The position numbers were made by a program, and so were the translations under genes. The notes under the pieces were generated by a model, which saw only the letters and a list, made by a program, of their open reading frames with translations, had not been told where the DNA came from and did no database searches. Positions 37,349-51,585 of a DNA stretch of 64,000 nt are shown here, piece after piece. Position 1 is the first letter of the stretch. Each line of letters begins with the position of its first letter. This stretch comes from Squalus acanthias (Eukaryota): NCBI GenBank assembly GCA_030390025.1, contig CM059438.1, positions 23,932,001-23,996,000 on the forward strand, written 5' to 3'.

Positions 37349-38450
37349 CCTCGAAGCCCTTGATATGCATAGTTTGATAGTTTGCATTATACCTGGATGG
37401 GGACCTCATCATTCAAAGTATCTGTCATGGATCAAAGAATCAAGTCTTTCCATTCAATTGCAAACATCCAAGGTGACTGACATCCTGGGGTTGTGATGTT
37501 GATTGATAGCTGTATCTGGGGTGAAGACTTGGGTCAGGCCTGTGACAGAGGTAGGACCAATGATTGTAGTCCCTTTGACATACAGGCTTTTGATTGTGGA
37601 CTTATACTTGGCAGCTTAGGCTCAGCTCAGCAATCAGTCTGAAGCCAGCAGGGAGACTGAGGTAACAGTTCACCACGTAAGAAATGAAAGATGATGCTTC
37701 AAGGATAAATTTTACATTAAGAAAGAAGTGCAGGAGGAACATCTTTGTTGTTTTGATATTTCAAGGAGAATAGCAAAGGTTGTAACTACTGTAAATATTC
37801 TAGTGGTAATGCGTACTGTCCATTTTTCAGTATAATGTTAAAGAGTTTATATTTATCCACCCACCGAAGACGAGATCACACGTGATGTATTCCAGTAAGC
37901 CAGAATACAGCGGCAAGGATTCCCTATTCAATCACTGGGTGTCGCTACATTTACCTAAATACTTGGACAGGTGAAGACACACTCTAGTTCATAAGGGACA
38001 AGAGATCCACTTATGGGAATGGCCATTCACACTGAAGTCAAGTAGCATATTTAATGTAAAAATCTAACAGTTCACCTTCCTCTGTAGGTTGTTGTACATC
38101 TGGTGACATATTCATTTATAGAATTTTCTAAGTATACACCAGATGGTGGAAAATTCTAGAGCTTGCCAACATTTCCTTTGATGATGTAAACAAGTTGGAC
38201 TAGTGACTTTTGTTATTTTGTGGATTAACTAGTCCACAAGCAAATGGACTCAATGCGAGCTGCATCACAACAGAACAAACGTTAGACTGCAATAATTCCC
38301 CCCCAAAAAAGAATAAAATAAAATGTCTGCTTGTGAATTGTGTGCCTGTTATTTTGGAGTCTGCTTAAGTTATTCTTTTAAACTAGTGGACGGCCCAGCA
38401 GTTATAGCACTGAAGTATCAACGGGCTCCCCGCAGGCACCCGAGCTCCAA

Positions 38451-38469
38451 GTCCAAAGTCCAAAGTCCA
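38451..38469 (+). promoter_or_regulatory. Tandem HNF4-type sites
   Basis: gtccaaagtccaaagtcca contains two overlapping CAAAGTCCA motifs in unique, CpG-retaining sequence. Confidence 0.35.
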
Positions 38470-40410
38470 GTTTTGTTGACCTTCAGCTTCGATTTCCATG
38501 GGCTGGGCCATTCTAACTTCCTAGCTGAAGAAAACAGAATGGCACAGGCTAACATGGGAGTCAAATATAGGGAATTAAGCCCATAACAATAAATATAAAT
38601 ACATACAGTCTCTCTGTGGAGACTGCAGCCTTGTTACAATTCTCAAAATCTCAGTCCTGTCACTCTGTGTACAACAATGCTTTTAGGAGCAAACTAGATT
38701 TTAGTTTATTAACTTCTAATCGCTCCACAATCTTGATAGGTTTGCAAGGAAATAACATTTTTAATGAGTTGACTCATTGATTTGTACAGGTCAGTTGCTT
38801 TAGTGTTGAGTAATCTGAATGACAGATCAGCAATAAAAGCAGCAATATTTATGGAGATTGCTGGACTATGTGAAGAATTTAAAAGGAATATGGCCAAAAA
38901 AGGGTATCTACAATTAGATTGCATTTTTTGGCAGATCAATTTGAAATCACTGTTACAGCAAGTGATATTACATAGCATTTTATATCACGTTTTTTACATG
39001 TTCACATTCATCCCATCCATCTTAGGAGGACGAATGTAATAAGAACCTTGCACTTTAGGCCAGAAGTTCATGCTGCCCCTACAATGTGAACTTCAAACTT
39101 ATATATGAACTGTTTTCAATGTTTCTATGTGGGACTGTAAGAGATTAAACTACAGTAATTATGCTTATTTTACAAGGACTCATCATGATGGTTCATTTGT
39201 AAATATGGATAGAAGTTAAAGACTTTTAGCATAATTTGCATGTTTTCACTAGGTCTTATGATACACCAATTTACTGCAGTTTATGCAGTGCAAATTAAAA
39301 CTCACATTAATTATCATTCCAACCTCTAAATTGCCTCTTGCCTGAATTTACTGTCTTTCTGAGATGCGTTCCATAAATATTTTATATTCAGGTTTCCTGT
39401 GTATTCAAGATATCTGAGGAAGGAATCCAATGTCAGTCAAAGAGGGAAACAGTCCCCCTTTGCAAAATAGTGTGTAATTACACCATTTGGTCTAAAAGCA
39501 GCATAAACTATATATTTGCAAATCTGAAGTGCTAAATTGAACAAAAAAAGCAAATCAGTAGCAGTGGTACAAAGCTCCAAGGCTTCAGCTACCATTACGA
39601 CTGGCACTACACCAATTGCCCAACTACCTGAAATGTTAACACAGAGACACCCACAGGAAAAGAGACACAGAAAGAATTAGTTTGATACACTTAATTTCCT
39701 TTTGTATGTCTTTGTCTCAGACAGTTGGCTCTTTTCCCCCCAATGGAAAAAGAATGAAATTTAAATAAATACACATTTAAACATCTAGCAAAAGGACAAT
39801 TCAACCAGCAAACTGCATTCTGCAATTCCAATTTTGCTCAAACCCTTACCTAATTTATAAAATTGTTCAACATGGTCCCACACACATAATTAAAAACTAC
39901 TGATAAGGTGACGCAGTGTCTTGGAGTACGGATGCACAACAGTGATGGATGCAGACTGCATGTCCTACTCTGCCAAACAAGTTGCACTGCTGAAAGAGAA
40001 GTCAGAGGGCTCCCAACAAGGCAAGAAAGGTTATAACAGTAGGGGGCATCACAGAGATGCCTTTCACACACCCTCTGGTGACCTGGGAGAAGGTGTCACA
40101 CTTGCCTCCTAGGCTGCAGGAAGTGAGCGGCCGAGGGTGACCAGAAGGCTTAGGAAAAAAATGAGCTGAATATTGGAGTGCAACACTGCCCAACAGTAAC
40201 CTTGCCTGAGGGTAATACTGCCCGAGAAAAGGAATGATTTCTAAAGCTGTCTTTTCCATTCTTCTTTGAATCCAATCAGTAGAACACAGTGAGACAAACA
40301 CTAAGTAAACAAAACATCCCGGGTTACCAGTTACAAGTTACTTACAGGTCAAATGTCCATTCCAATGCTCTTGAGCAAGTTAGAATTCTGTGCCAGGAAC
40401 ACAGGAGAAT

Positions 40411-40812
40411 CAACACGGTGGCATAGTGGTTAGCACTGGTGCCTCACAGCGCCAGGGACCCGGGTTCGAATCTGACCTCGGGTGACTGTCTGTGTGGAGT
40501 TTGCACATTGTCTGCGTGGGTTTCCTTCGGGTGCTCCGGTTTCCTCCCACAGTCCAAAAATGTGCGGGTTAGGTTGATTTGGCTATGATAAATTGACCCT
40601 TAGTGTTAGGGGGTGGTTAAATATGGGGATAGGATGGGATATGTTAGGGGGAAATTAAATACGTGGGGTTACGGGGGTAGTGTGGGATATGTGTACTGTG
40701 GGGATTAAAGCAGGGACAGGGTACTGGATTTGGATGATCAGCCATGATTGTATTGAATGGTGGAACAGGCTCGACGGGCCGAATGGCCTACTCCTGCTCC
40801 TAGTTTCTATGT
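40411..40812 (+). mobile_element. HE1-type V-SINE, near full length
   Basis: tRNA head (tggcatagtggttagcact; gggttcgaatc), V domain tgtgtggagtttgcac...gggtgctccggtttcctcccacagtccaaa, and CR1-derived tail gggccgaatggcctactcctgctcc. Confidence 0.93.
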
Positions 40813-42715
40813 TAACACTATCTGGCTTTGGGCCTTCTACAAAGTTTTATGCACAGCTATTCTCCAGTTCCAGAGAACACTCACAGCAGAGATGGCAAGA
40901 AGCTCTTGTGCTATTTTAGCAAAGCTCTGAGACACCATTTCATTTTGTTTCCAATTTTCAGGGAAGCTAACGGAGCCCACCATCAGAAGTCATCCATCAG
41001 TTTCATTGTTCGAGTGTTACATCCACTTGGGCAAATAATGCCTACAAAAGGGCAGTAAGTGGACAGCGTTGGTTCTGTGGTGGCGAAGGCATTGCTTTCT
41101 CTTTGTTCCTAAGCCACTGGCATCAGCACAATTTTTGCTTTGCTATGTGACTCATTTCCATAGGCTTGCTTTTGAAATCCCCATCAGAGCTTCAAAAATA
41201 GTCAGTGACTGCAGCGAATTGTTCTGGAGATAGAAGTGTTCAGCTTTGAATCCAAGGCACCACATTGCTTTTCTTGCTTCCAAGACCATGTCGTCTGAAG
41301 TGAAATGTGAGCTGAGCCGCTGCTGCAGCTGTCTGCTGGCTTTAGTTTTAAACTGTTTTACAACTTCCAATTGTACTTTATCACCCTGACCTGGTTCCTA
41401 CAGAGATTGCAGTCTGTGTGACATGATTGGCATCACTGTGGATAAGGACTCAAAGCTTCAGCTGTCAGCTTAAAGGGAACACTTGAGCTAAAACTCACAG
41501 CAGCTCCCACGGTTTTTGTTTTTGATTCACATGATGATCTTTGCAAACCATGAGTCAAAACACAGGTTCATCGCTGCTTATGTAACTGCTCCATCATTTC
41601 TAATGTTCTGCTCTGTGTGGTTTTAACACCTTCATTCCGAGCACACTTGCTGATCTCTGCTTGCTATACAACTCCAAATGTGAAACTTTGCGGTGTTCAA
41701 AATTACCAATGTATGAACTGCTCCAAATACCTGTCTATCGTTATAATTTCTACAGCAGGTTTCGGATAAAGCTGTATATCACTCTGTTGTAGCTGTCTTT
41801 TGGTAACCCCCAAGAGCCAATTCTGCTGCTGAAATCAGACGCGCGCCATTACAGTGCACAATAATCCAGTAAATGCCTATTCCTTGCTAGTTTTGTAGTA
41901 GTCAATGCTTTGTTAAAGCAGGATTTGTCGCTCCATTATGTCTTGGTGGCCAAAGCTCCAGCTGTGGTCAATAGAGTGATCTATCACAATAACCAAAGGA
42001 TCCTCTGTACTGCCAGCTCAGGGCTCAGAGTTACAGCAAAAGTTTGCTTTTATTGTACGATGCACTTTGTTACCTTTATGTTTGGGATGAATTAGTTGTA
42101 ACCTGGTACCAGGAAGAGCATCAGTTCTCTAAATCCCTGGACATCAGTCACAGATGGTGGTTGTGTATCTTTTGTAATAAAGTCTGTGATCTCCTTTGAC
42201 CTTGAGACAACACACTGCCAGGGGTGATTTTCCTGATTGTTAGTTTTGGTGCCCCTGTATCGACTTGGGTGAACTTTCTAGTGAGGTGACATGGATGGGT
42301 TGTATGTTTTAGTCATTTTTTTTTTTAAATGGAAAGTAGAGGTTAGCTCAGACACTTAACTGGCTAATGACTGCCAGGCCTCCCTGCCTGCCTCTGACAA
42401 AATCCCACATTTTGGGTTCCAGGCTCTGAAACGACTGCAGAAAGTTTCATCAGTTTTCTCTGGTGCATACAATTTTTCAAATTCCAAGCCAAGCAGAACG
42501 AACAAAGCCTTGGGGCTTTGATATTCTGTTACAGCCCTGGTCAAGTTTCAGACATAAATTCCCACTTCATTAAAATGAGAGTTAAGTCACTTTAGCGGAA
42601 GCACCTCAGCAGCAGTAACGGTACTGAATAGTGAATAGTTGTGAGGAAGCTGCCATTCATTCCTTCCTTTGCTCTCAGGGCCCCATTCTAAAATGTGTTC
42701 CTCCTCCCCCTCTTT

Positions 42716-42891
42716 TAGGTCAAAATCCTGGAACTCCCTCCCTAACAGCACTGTGGGAGCACCTTCACCACACGGACTGCAGCGGTTCAAGAAGGTGGCT
42801 CACCACCACCTTCTCAAGGGCAATGAGGGATGGGCAATAAATGCTGGCCTCGCCAGCGACGCCCACATCCTGTGAATGAATTTAAAAAAAA
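42716..42891 (+). mobile_element. CR1/L2-group LINE 3' end (second family)
   Basis: SKSWNSLPNSTVGAPSPHGLQRFKKVAHHHLLKG, then gcaataaatgctggcctcgccagcgacgcccacatcc and an A-rich tail. Confidence 0.85.
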
Positions 42892-43647
42892 ACGCTCTCC
42901 CAGGAATGGACCGGTGTCCCTGAACGTGCTTGCAGGCAGATCGCCTGCTCTGCAGCCTCGGTCAACGCCACTCTGGAGATGCAGCCTGAGAGTTTCAGGA
43001 GAGAGTCTCAAGGTGACTTGATCTCCAATCCCCCCTTCCTCTGGAGAAGTACCTGACCTCTACCAAAAGGTGTATATGATTCTATTTTAGGAGCTCTTTC
43101 CTCTGGTTAAAGTAAGCTGTGATTTGTAAAACCGAGGGAACATATACAACCTGTTGAAGGGAATGCCGGAAAGTAGTGAATGAGCCAAAGGAAATACGCC
43201 ATATTGACTATTTAAACACAAAGAAAACTGTACGAAAGAATAAAGCTTTTACATCCGCGCCCACTGTCACTAGTAAATATTTATATTTTAATCAAATAGT
43301 ATTGTACTTGAAACCAGCATCATTTAATGAAAACTGCAGTTTGTTTTTTTGCCCCCTCTTTCTGGTTAAGCATAGACGTCTGCACAAGTTTCTAGGAAAA
43401 TATTCATGAGAGCGTACTTTCTTCTGCTCAATTATCTTAATAAAAAACCAACATGACTCAATATGTCATATGAAAAAACTAGTAGAATGGGTATGTGGCA
43501 CAATAATAATAATCTTTAATAATATGGTTTGTGACAAATCATTTCCAGCAATGCTTGTAAAACTTTACTTTTGTTTGATGGCAAATATGATGTTGTTTTC
43601 CTAAAATGTAAGCATGAACTTTTGTGTGAAAATAATAATTAAAACCG

Positions 43648-43895
43648 ATAACAACAACTTGCATTTCTTTAATGTAGGAAAACGCCTCATGGCAATTTAC
43701 AGAAGGAAAAGTAATGGAAAGAGTTAGGAGAAGGACTGAAAGCTTGATCGGAAAGATGGACTTTAAGAAAACTTTTAAAGGGTGGAGGGAGAAGAAAATG
43801 GGGGAGCTTAAGGGGGCAGGAGCTTCAGAGAACGGGGCTAAAGTGGCTGAAGGCTCTGCCACCAATGGTGGGGCAAAGGGATTAGGAGGAGTGCA
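43648..43895 (-). mobile_element. L2 LINE 3' end
   Basis: aacaacaacttgcattt...aagcttgatc...ggctgaaggc...ccaatggtggggc. Confidence 0.75.
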
Positions 43896-44354
43896 TTGTT
43901 CACTGCATTTCAAAAAGCGCAATTTCAAAACCGTGCATTCATGCATTTTACTTGCGAGTAGAAATAAATGAAGACAAATGGTTTTTCTTCCATTTTCTGC
44001 GGCTTCAGTTGTCTAACAGTCACACTTTCTCTGCAACCTTAAATGTGGCAGCAGAGCTGGCCAAATGAAACAAAACTGATTTTTATTTCAATTTGAATAT
44101 TTTAGATTTGCATATCCAATAAATGAACAAGTTTCCAGCCCAGTTACGTGGTTACAGTTAAAGGGGTATGAAATAAAAATAACTTTTTCTGTAAGTTTAA
44201 CATGAAAATTAATAATCTGTATTGCAGATGTTAACAGTAACAGTGAACATTGGTTATATCCAGATGTTCAGCTTCTATTTGCTCTGATATTAATGAAAAG
44301 CCTCTTAATAAATGCTAGGAAATTACATCTACTGGTATAGAAGCTCACCAATAA

Positions 44355-45736
44355 AGCCTAACCTCGGTGGTGGGAAAATTATTGGAAAGAATTCTGAAGG
44401 ACAGGATAAATCTTCATTTAGAATGACACGGATTAATCAAGGATAGTCAGCACGGATTTGTTAAGGGAAGGTCGTGTCTGACAAACTTGATTGAATTTTT
44501 TGAGGAGGTAACAAGGAGGGTAGATGAGGGTAGTGCGTTTGATGTAATGTATATGGACTTTAGCAAGGCTTTTGATAAGGTTCCACATGGCAGACTGGTC
44601 ACGAAGTTAAAAACCCATGGGATCCAGGGCAAAGTGTCAAGTTGGATTCAAAACTGGCTCGGAGATAGGAAGCAGAGGGTAATGGTTGATGGGTGTTTTT
44701 GTGACTGGAAGGCTGTTTCCAGTGGGGTTCCACAGGGCTCAGTACTAGGTCCCTTGCTTTTTGTGGTATATATCAATGATCTAGACTTGAATATAGGGGG
44801 TATGATTAAAAAGTTTGCAGATGATACTAAAATCGGCTGTGTGGTTGATACTGAAGAAGGAAGCTGTAGACTGCAGGAAGATATCAATAAATTGGTCAGG
44901 TGGGCAGAACAGTGGCAAATGAAATTCAATCCGGAGAAGTGTGAGGTAATGCATTTGGGGAGGGCTAACAAGGAAAGGGAATACACATTAAATGGTAGGA
45001 CTGAGTAGTGTAGAGGAACAAAGGGACCTTGGAGTGCATTTCCACAGATTCCTGAAGGTAGCAGGCCAGGTAGATAAGGTCGTTGAAGGCATACGGAATG
45101 CTTGCCTTTATTAGCCGTGGCATAGAATACAAGAGCAGGGGGGTTATGCTTCAACTGTATAAAACACTAGTTAGGCCTCAGCTAGAGTACTGCGTGCAGT
45201 TCTGGTCACCACATTACAGGAAAGATGTGATTGCACTAGAGAGGGTACAGAGGAGATTTACAAGGATGTTGCCGGGATTAGAGAATCTTAGCTATGAGGA
45301 AAGACTGGATAAGCTGGGTCTGTTTTCCTTGGAACAGAGGAGGCTGAGGGGAGACCTTATTTAGGTGTATAAAATTATGAGGGGCATAGATAGTGGATAG
45401 AAAGGACCTATTTCCCTTAGCAGACGGGTCAAAAACCAGGGGGCACAGATTTAAAATAATTAGTGGAAGGTTTAGAGGAGATTTGAGGGGAAATTTCTTC
45501 ACCCAGAGGGTTGTGGGGGTCTGGAACTCACTGCCTGAAAGGGTGGTAGAGGCAGGAACCCTAACCACATTTAAAAAGTACTTGGATGTGCACTTGGGAT
45601 GCTCTAACCTGCAGGGCTACGGACCAAGAGCTGGGAAGTGGGATTAGGTTGGATAGCTCTTTGTTGGACGGCGCGGACATGATGGGCCGAAATGGCCTCC
45701 TTCCGTGCTGTAACTTTCTATGATTCTATGATTCTA
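44355..45736 (+). mobile_element. CR1 LINE, 5'-truncated RT plus 3' UTR
   Basis: YMDFSKAFDKVPH, SGVPQGSVLGPLLF, KFADDTK and LVRPQLEYCVQFWSPH motifs; ends ttctatgattctatgattcta. Confidence 0.97.
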
Positions 45737-45984
45737 ATAGCGATCACCTCCACAATACTCCAAGTGAAGGAGGACACAGGGTGGCACTGTATCAAGAAGC
45801 TGCTAAAGTCAGTCAGACTCCGCAGGATACTAACAATGCAGGACTCAGAATAACAGAACATACGGCACACAGACACACTGCTCAACTGAAAGTAGGCATT
45901 TCTACCCCTGTGGTCACTGGCATATGTAGTTCAGTGATGTAATCTTAAAAATCTACATATTTGAAGCCGCTAAATACAGTAATT

Positions 45985-46085
45985 TGCCTACAGAATAACA
46001 GTGACTACACTTCAAAAGTAACTTATTGGCGCTGAAGCACTCTGGGACATCCTGTGGACACGAAAGGCGCTATATAAATGCAATT
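45985..46085 (+). mobile_element. Deu-domain SINE 3' end
   Basis: aacagtgactacacttcaaaag...gaaaggcgctatataaatgcaa. Confidence 0.85.
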
Positions 46086-46354
46086 ATTTTCTTAAATTAA
46101 AAAAAAGTCTGAAACTACAATGAATGCTGTTGAAAACTTGAATTAACATTTTACTTGACAATTGGGACAGATTAGAAAAGAGGATTTGACTGTCTGTTCT
46201 GGATATATTTGTGCACAATTTGCTAACTGGCAGAGTATAAGTTCTAAGGAACAGTACAGACAGCATCATGAGCAGTGTGTTCCGTTTTAGTCACTGACAC
46301 ACAAAGGAAACATTCAAGCTTAGGAGGCAGTACAGAGAAGAGCAACAAAACTTG

Positions 46355-46585
46355 TTTTTTTATATATCCATTCTCAGGGTGTGGCCGTTGCTGGCAAAGC
46401 CGGCATTTATTGCACATTCCTAGTTGCCCTTCAACCGCTGCAGTCCGTGTGGTGAAGCTACGCCCACAGTGCTGTTAGGTAGGGAGTTCCAGGATTTTGA
46501 CTCAGTGACAATGAAGGAACAGCGATATATCTCCAAGTCGGGATGGTGTGCGACTGGGAGGTGGTGGCGTTCCTATGCACATGCT
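46355..46585 (-). mobile_element. LINE 3' end, same family as 42716
   Basis: gtgctgttaggtagggagttccaggattttgac is the reverse complement of 42719-42750. Confidence 0.85.
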
Positions 46586-47012
46586 CATTTCAGGGTCAAA
46601 TATGACACCAAGGTTGCGAACAGTGTGGTTCAGCCTCAGACAGATGTTAGGGAGAGGGATGGAGTCAATGGCTAGGGAACGGAGTTTGTGGCGGGGACCG
46701 AAAACAATGGCTTCGGTCTTCCCAATATTTAATTGGAGAAAATTTCTGCTCATCCAGAACTGGATGTCGGTCAAGCAGTCTGACAATTTAAAGTCCGTGC
46801 AGGGGTTGAGAGAAGTGGTGGTGAGGTAGAGCTGGGTGTCATCAGCGTACATGTGGAAACTGACGCTTGTGTTTTCGGATGATGTCGCCAAGGGGGAACA
46901 TGTAGATAAGAAATAGGAGGGGGCCAAGGATAGATCCTTGGGGGGGGGGGGGGGGGGGGGACACCAGAGGTAACGATGCAGGAGCGGGATGAGAAGCCAT
47001 TGCAGGTGATTC
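46586..47012 (-). mobile_element. L2 LINE reverse transcriptase fragment
   Basis: [47 protein letters not shown] and VRNLGVIFD motifs. Confidence 0.93.
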
Positions 47013-47669
47013 ATGGCTATGATTAGATAGATAAGAACCAAACTGCAACAGTCACTGATCGCATAGATACACTTTTTCATGAGTCTCCCTATCTGCTACT
47101 GAAACAATCACCTCCTTCTCCAGCTTACTAAACACACTGAGCTGCTAAGTGCACAGAAATACTAGTCTCCATGTACCTGAGCAACCTCTAACAGACCTAC
47201 ACAAGACCAGTGGCAAACTGAAACATGACGCAGTGCAGAGAGGTCATTTTGGTGTTGCTTTCCCAAGACCCAACTCACATCGGCTACAAGGTAAAAGGGT
47301 CATCCAGTGATGGACATCCTCTACCAGATAGTTTGTGCTACGAATTATGCAGCTCCTATGTCCTCTGCACTCCTGAACCACTGCACTCCTGAACCACTCG
47401 CCTTCTGTAGCGAGAGATATCCATGTTTTGGGGCTGAAAACTCTGCTATATTATTCACTTCTCTCAGTGCTGTGGTGAATGTGGGGATAGTTTCAATCGT
47501 GCCCTTCAATCAGCTGACTACGACCAGTCTCCCCCCACCTCCCCTTTCAATTCTGTATGAATTGCCGCTGACTGGCTTTTAACAAGCCTTTAACAAGAAA
47601 AATGCTTTTTTTGTTGTTTGACAATTTCCATGAACACATTTTAAAATGGGAGGCAGAATCACATTTACC

Positions 47670-47920
47670 CGGTCATAACCCTTCATTGTCTTGAGTCCCT
47701 CGATTACCCTTCAATCTTCCCAGCTGCAGAGAAAAAGCCTCAACTTCTCAAGTCTCTCTTCATAACTGTAACTCCTTATCCCTGGTAACATCCTAGTGAA
47801 TCCGTTCTACACCTTTTCCATTGCTTTTATATCCTTTCTATAATGGAATGCCCAAAACTGTACACAATACATCAGTAAAGTCAACATCACCCTCTTATTT
47901 CTGTACCTTATGCCTCTAGG
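47670..47920 (-). mobile_element. CR1 ORF2 fragment, diverged
   Basis: atccctggtaacatcctagtgaatc...cccaaaactgtacacaatac corresponds to the YCVQFW...FTRM.PG region. Confidence 0.8.
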
Positions 47921-50352
47921 TACAAAAAAGGACTCAGTGGTACAAACAGAGATAGTCTGTTACTGCTCTTTAATGGTCCTCCCTTCTATTTATTAATGCT
48001 TTTGTCAGAAACAACATTCAGATGAAAATATGGTCCTAACAGAGCAGTACTTCTGTATTGTATTTGTTTGAATATGGTTAAAATACACCCATAATCTCTC
48101 ATTTTCAGAATGATGATACTCCTAGACCCTCACAAGCACTGGCTGCATCAAGGGAATTTGAAATATTTCCACAACTGGGCTGTGCTGGGCTGATACCTCA
48201 TGAGGAAAAAAAGTGTCAAATGAGTTACAGGAAGTGCCACCAAAAGAAATATTTATAACATCTCAATTCCCCCATCATCACTGTATTTATAGTAACCAGT
48301 TTAAAAAGTCTGTTTTAGCTTTTCTGAGGTTCTTTTTGACACAGAAAGCAGGTGACAATTCTTGAATCTCACAGTAATTTCATGCTAGTGTGAGGTTTTT
48401 CTTTGAATAAGATAAAACTCACTCTTTTCAAGATATTTGAACCTCTATGAAACGCGGCACCTGGAGCCGAGAGGGTAGAAAGTGCTCCTCTGCTTCCAAA
48501 ATTGCTGCTCTGAAGCCAGACACGAGGAAATGTGGGAGAGGTCCAGGGTGACCCTTTTCAAATTTTCCTCCTTCTCTGAATGAAAGCTGATGCCCTTTTC
48601 TAGACGGTTTCCCCAATGACAATTCAGTATGTCGACTATCAGAGTTGTAAACCAACAAATACACCAATCCAGCCTCTGCTGAGTTGCAACGGGAATCAAG
48701 ATGTCAATGAATCAAAACTGAGAAGTGGAACACTGAAAGGAAACTTGGGGAAGAGAAGTCACTGGACGGTGAGGCAAAAAGTTGGCTTGAGCCATCATAC
48801 AGGTTTTGCAATATCTGTAGGATCAGAATCATGGGGCAGCTATTTTGAGAGAGTTTCAAATGTTGAATTTTTTTTTTAAAAACAAGTTTACATTTTCATG
48901 ACCCAAGAAGTGTGTTAGTATCCCCACAAAGTCAGCCCACCCATGTGGTATAAACCAGTTCACCATTAATCTTAATGTCCTGAAGCACACAATTTTAATG
49001 TGATGCCATGCGAGTTTTTGCTAGTAATTACACAACCAGCTGATTACTTTAGTCTGAGTGCTGTGGAAACATCGTGTACGAGAGAAGATGCTCATATTTA
49101 ATCTACACTAGCTTGGACTGCCAGGGCATTTAATTGTATCATAATATGGCCTGAAGATAATTAAACCATAACTGCAGTTTCCTATTTTAGTGCAGTCTAA
49201 AAGGGACATTAGATTTATCTACTTAGAATGGCATTATCTTGTTCCTTCAGCTGATCAAACCTCTGAATGGCCAGCACAAATCAACTAATCATCCCACATT
49301 CCAAACATCATCATCCTCAGCCAAATCCACTGATGAACTAATTAACCTCCGACCTCATTAATAATGTAATTAAGTCAACAAGGCATTTAAAGATAGCTTG
49401 TCCAGTTTCAAATCATTGCTGTTTGTAAAAAAAAACACATACAGCAGATAAAATTATTATTGAATGAAGGTAGAGTGCAGCTGTAATGGGATCTATTGGG
49501 TTCACCTTCAGTTAACATACAACCTTTCAGCCTGATTAAGCCAGTTACATCCTGATCAATGTGACAGCCGTTTTAGTTACTGGAACTTATTTACCATTAT
49601 AATTAACCCATGCTTCTAGTCAATCAGATTACTAAAACAGGAGCCAACTTCCTCAGAATCAACAGTTCTCTAAAATATGACCTTCACCGCAGATTTACTG
49701 AGAAGCTGCCACCTACTACTTAAGCTTGAGCCTTCCACTAGTAAAAGAGGCCACCAGTATAAGTAAGTGAAAGATCCACCTACACAAAGAGCAAAGGGTT
49801 ATTAGTAATTCTACTATATTAGACATTTCCTGTCATTTCAGTTAATACATTGTCAGAAATTACACAACATGAGACATCTTGTGGGTCACTAGGCAAAACT
49901 AGAAAGAAACAAGAGTGCTCACATTTGAAAAGTTCACCGAAATGTAAGAAGACCAAAAGGTGTGATAACGATGAATAAACATATTTTTGTTTATCTGTAT
50001 TTCTTAAAAGATTAAATAAATAAATAGGTACAAGGCAGGTAAACAACTAAGGCAATCTGATGTTACCATACCAACTGTAAGAACCTTTAGAATTGTGTTA
50101 GTCTTTCACTTACTCCAACCCAACTGCTACTTTACAGAACAAACTATATACATTTTTTTAAACTTAGAAGTATGGACTCTGCCACTGTGGTTTTTAACTG
50201 GTTGGCACATTGTGCTTCACATAACAGGAAGGGAATAGAACAGTTTATAATTAGTTCTCCAGTGACAGTACACCATGGAAAGACCAGTGATAAAGGGACA
50301 CTTTCTAATACTGACAATTTATATCGTGCAAAGTTCAGAGTAACACTTACAG

Positions 50353-50550
50353 TTTAGTGCTCGTGGCACAGAGTTCTGCATGATGGGAGTGCGTATCAGG
50401 AATTCAGACAGAGGTCAGCAATCCAATTCGAGGCTCATGTAATTTTCCATCCAATTATTTTATTGGCTGGATATCGTATGGGTTGCAAATTAGAAATGCT
50501 GAACTCCTCTCCCGAATTCCTGATACTTGCTCTGCAGCAGGAGCACTAAA
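50353..50550. mobile_element. Fold-back hairpin element (MITE-like)
   Basis: tttagtgctc/gagcactaaa, gtatcaggaattc/gaattcctgatac and an inner tcca.ccaat/attgg.tgga pair are nested symmetrically. Confidence 0.75.
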
Positions 50551-51019
50551 ATAGAAAATTCACCTTCATATTTTGCTTTAGAAAATTTACCTTAGAATCC
50601 AATGTAGAGGTTTTTATGTACACCATGCAGGGGTAATCAGCAAGCGTCCAAAAATAGGTAGTATATCACCCTGTAGTCCCTAAAAATGATATCCTTGTAG
50701 TCTGCACACACTTACATCAGCACCTGCTGATTTTATGTACTTTCAACATCAGCAGATATCAATTCTATGATATCACTCACTCCCAGGTTGAGTCATAGCG
50801 AGTTCAATGCGAGAGGAACCACACCATTTTGAAAGGGAGTGGAAAAAAAACTTATGCAATTCTATATATGTTGGACTTATAATGAGGGATGAATTAGGGA
50901 CAACTCTGGAATCCCTACAGGTTATTAGACTGTGATACGTAATTTGTGGACTCACGTACTATATACATTGACCCAAAGCTTCGCACTGCGTCTGCACCTG
51001 TAATTCACCCTCGTCACAT

Positions 51020-51082
51020 CATTAAATGCCTTGGGACATTTTACGATGTTAAAGGCGCTATATAAATGCAAGTTGTTGTTGT
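51020..51082 (+). mobile_element. L2-type tail fragment
   Basis: ttgggacattttacgatgttaaaggcgctatataaatgcaagttgttgttg. Confidence 0.75.
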
Positions 51083-51349
51083 CATTCATTATCCTATGTG
51101 GAAATTTTTATTTATGCCATCAGTGCACTTGTAACTTGACGTAGGAATGTTTTCAAGATTTGCTATTTATACAGTTCATGTCTCCGCCCTTAATTCTCTG
51201 TGCCACACAGCTTGCGTGACCAAGAGGCTGTGACAGGTGCCTGGCTCCTGGTTCCACACCTCTGTCAATTCTGTTCGGCAGCCTGCCTTTAGTAGGCAGG
51301 AGGGTGTAGTCTGTGGTGACTGCCCTTTCCAATCTTCTCCCTCTCCCTA

Positions 51350-51585
51350 GGAAGAAGAACGTCTGCTCCGCGCCTACCAACAGCAGCGTAGCGGCGAATC
51401 ACAGGCTCGCAGCCCCATCCATGAACGCAGTGGTGCCCAGCAACAGTCGTTTTATCGCGCTCCTAAAGTGTTCAGTAAAATTAACAAAGAAAAGTAACAG
51501 CTAAAAATAACTCCCAGAACTCAGTGCCTTTCTGAGAACTCAAAAGCAACTTTGTAAAGGCTGAAGGGTTAACGTGCTGACCACA
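51350..51585. promoter_or_regulatory. CpG-rich unique segment with adjacent MEF2, STAT and nuclear-receptor-like motifs
   Basis: About ten CpGs in 51360-51460; ctaaaaataa 51501-51510; ttctgagaa 51530-51538; DR1-like ggctgaagggtta. Confidence 0.4.

Noticed and set aside
40411-40490. tRNA gene (also 59140-59200)
   Set aside because: The A/B boxes run directly into SINE bodies and no complete cloverleaf is apparent.
47365-47396. 16-bp tandem duplication; also (ggacatgg)x3 at ~57930
   Set aside because: Ordinary slippage duplications.
48604-48768. 165-nt plus-strand open exon candidate that could join 51351 to give a Myb-like WT-EEERLL
   Set aside because: The resemblance is a few residues with no further Myb tryptophans, and open frames of this size with AG/GT ends are common by chance.
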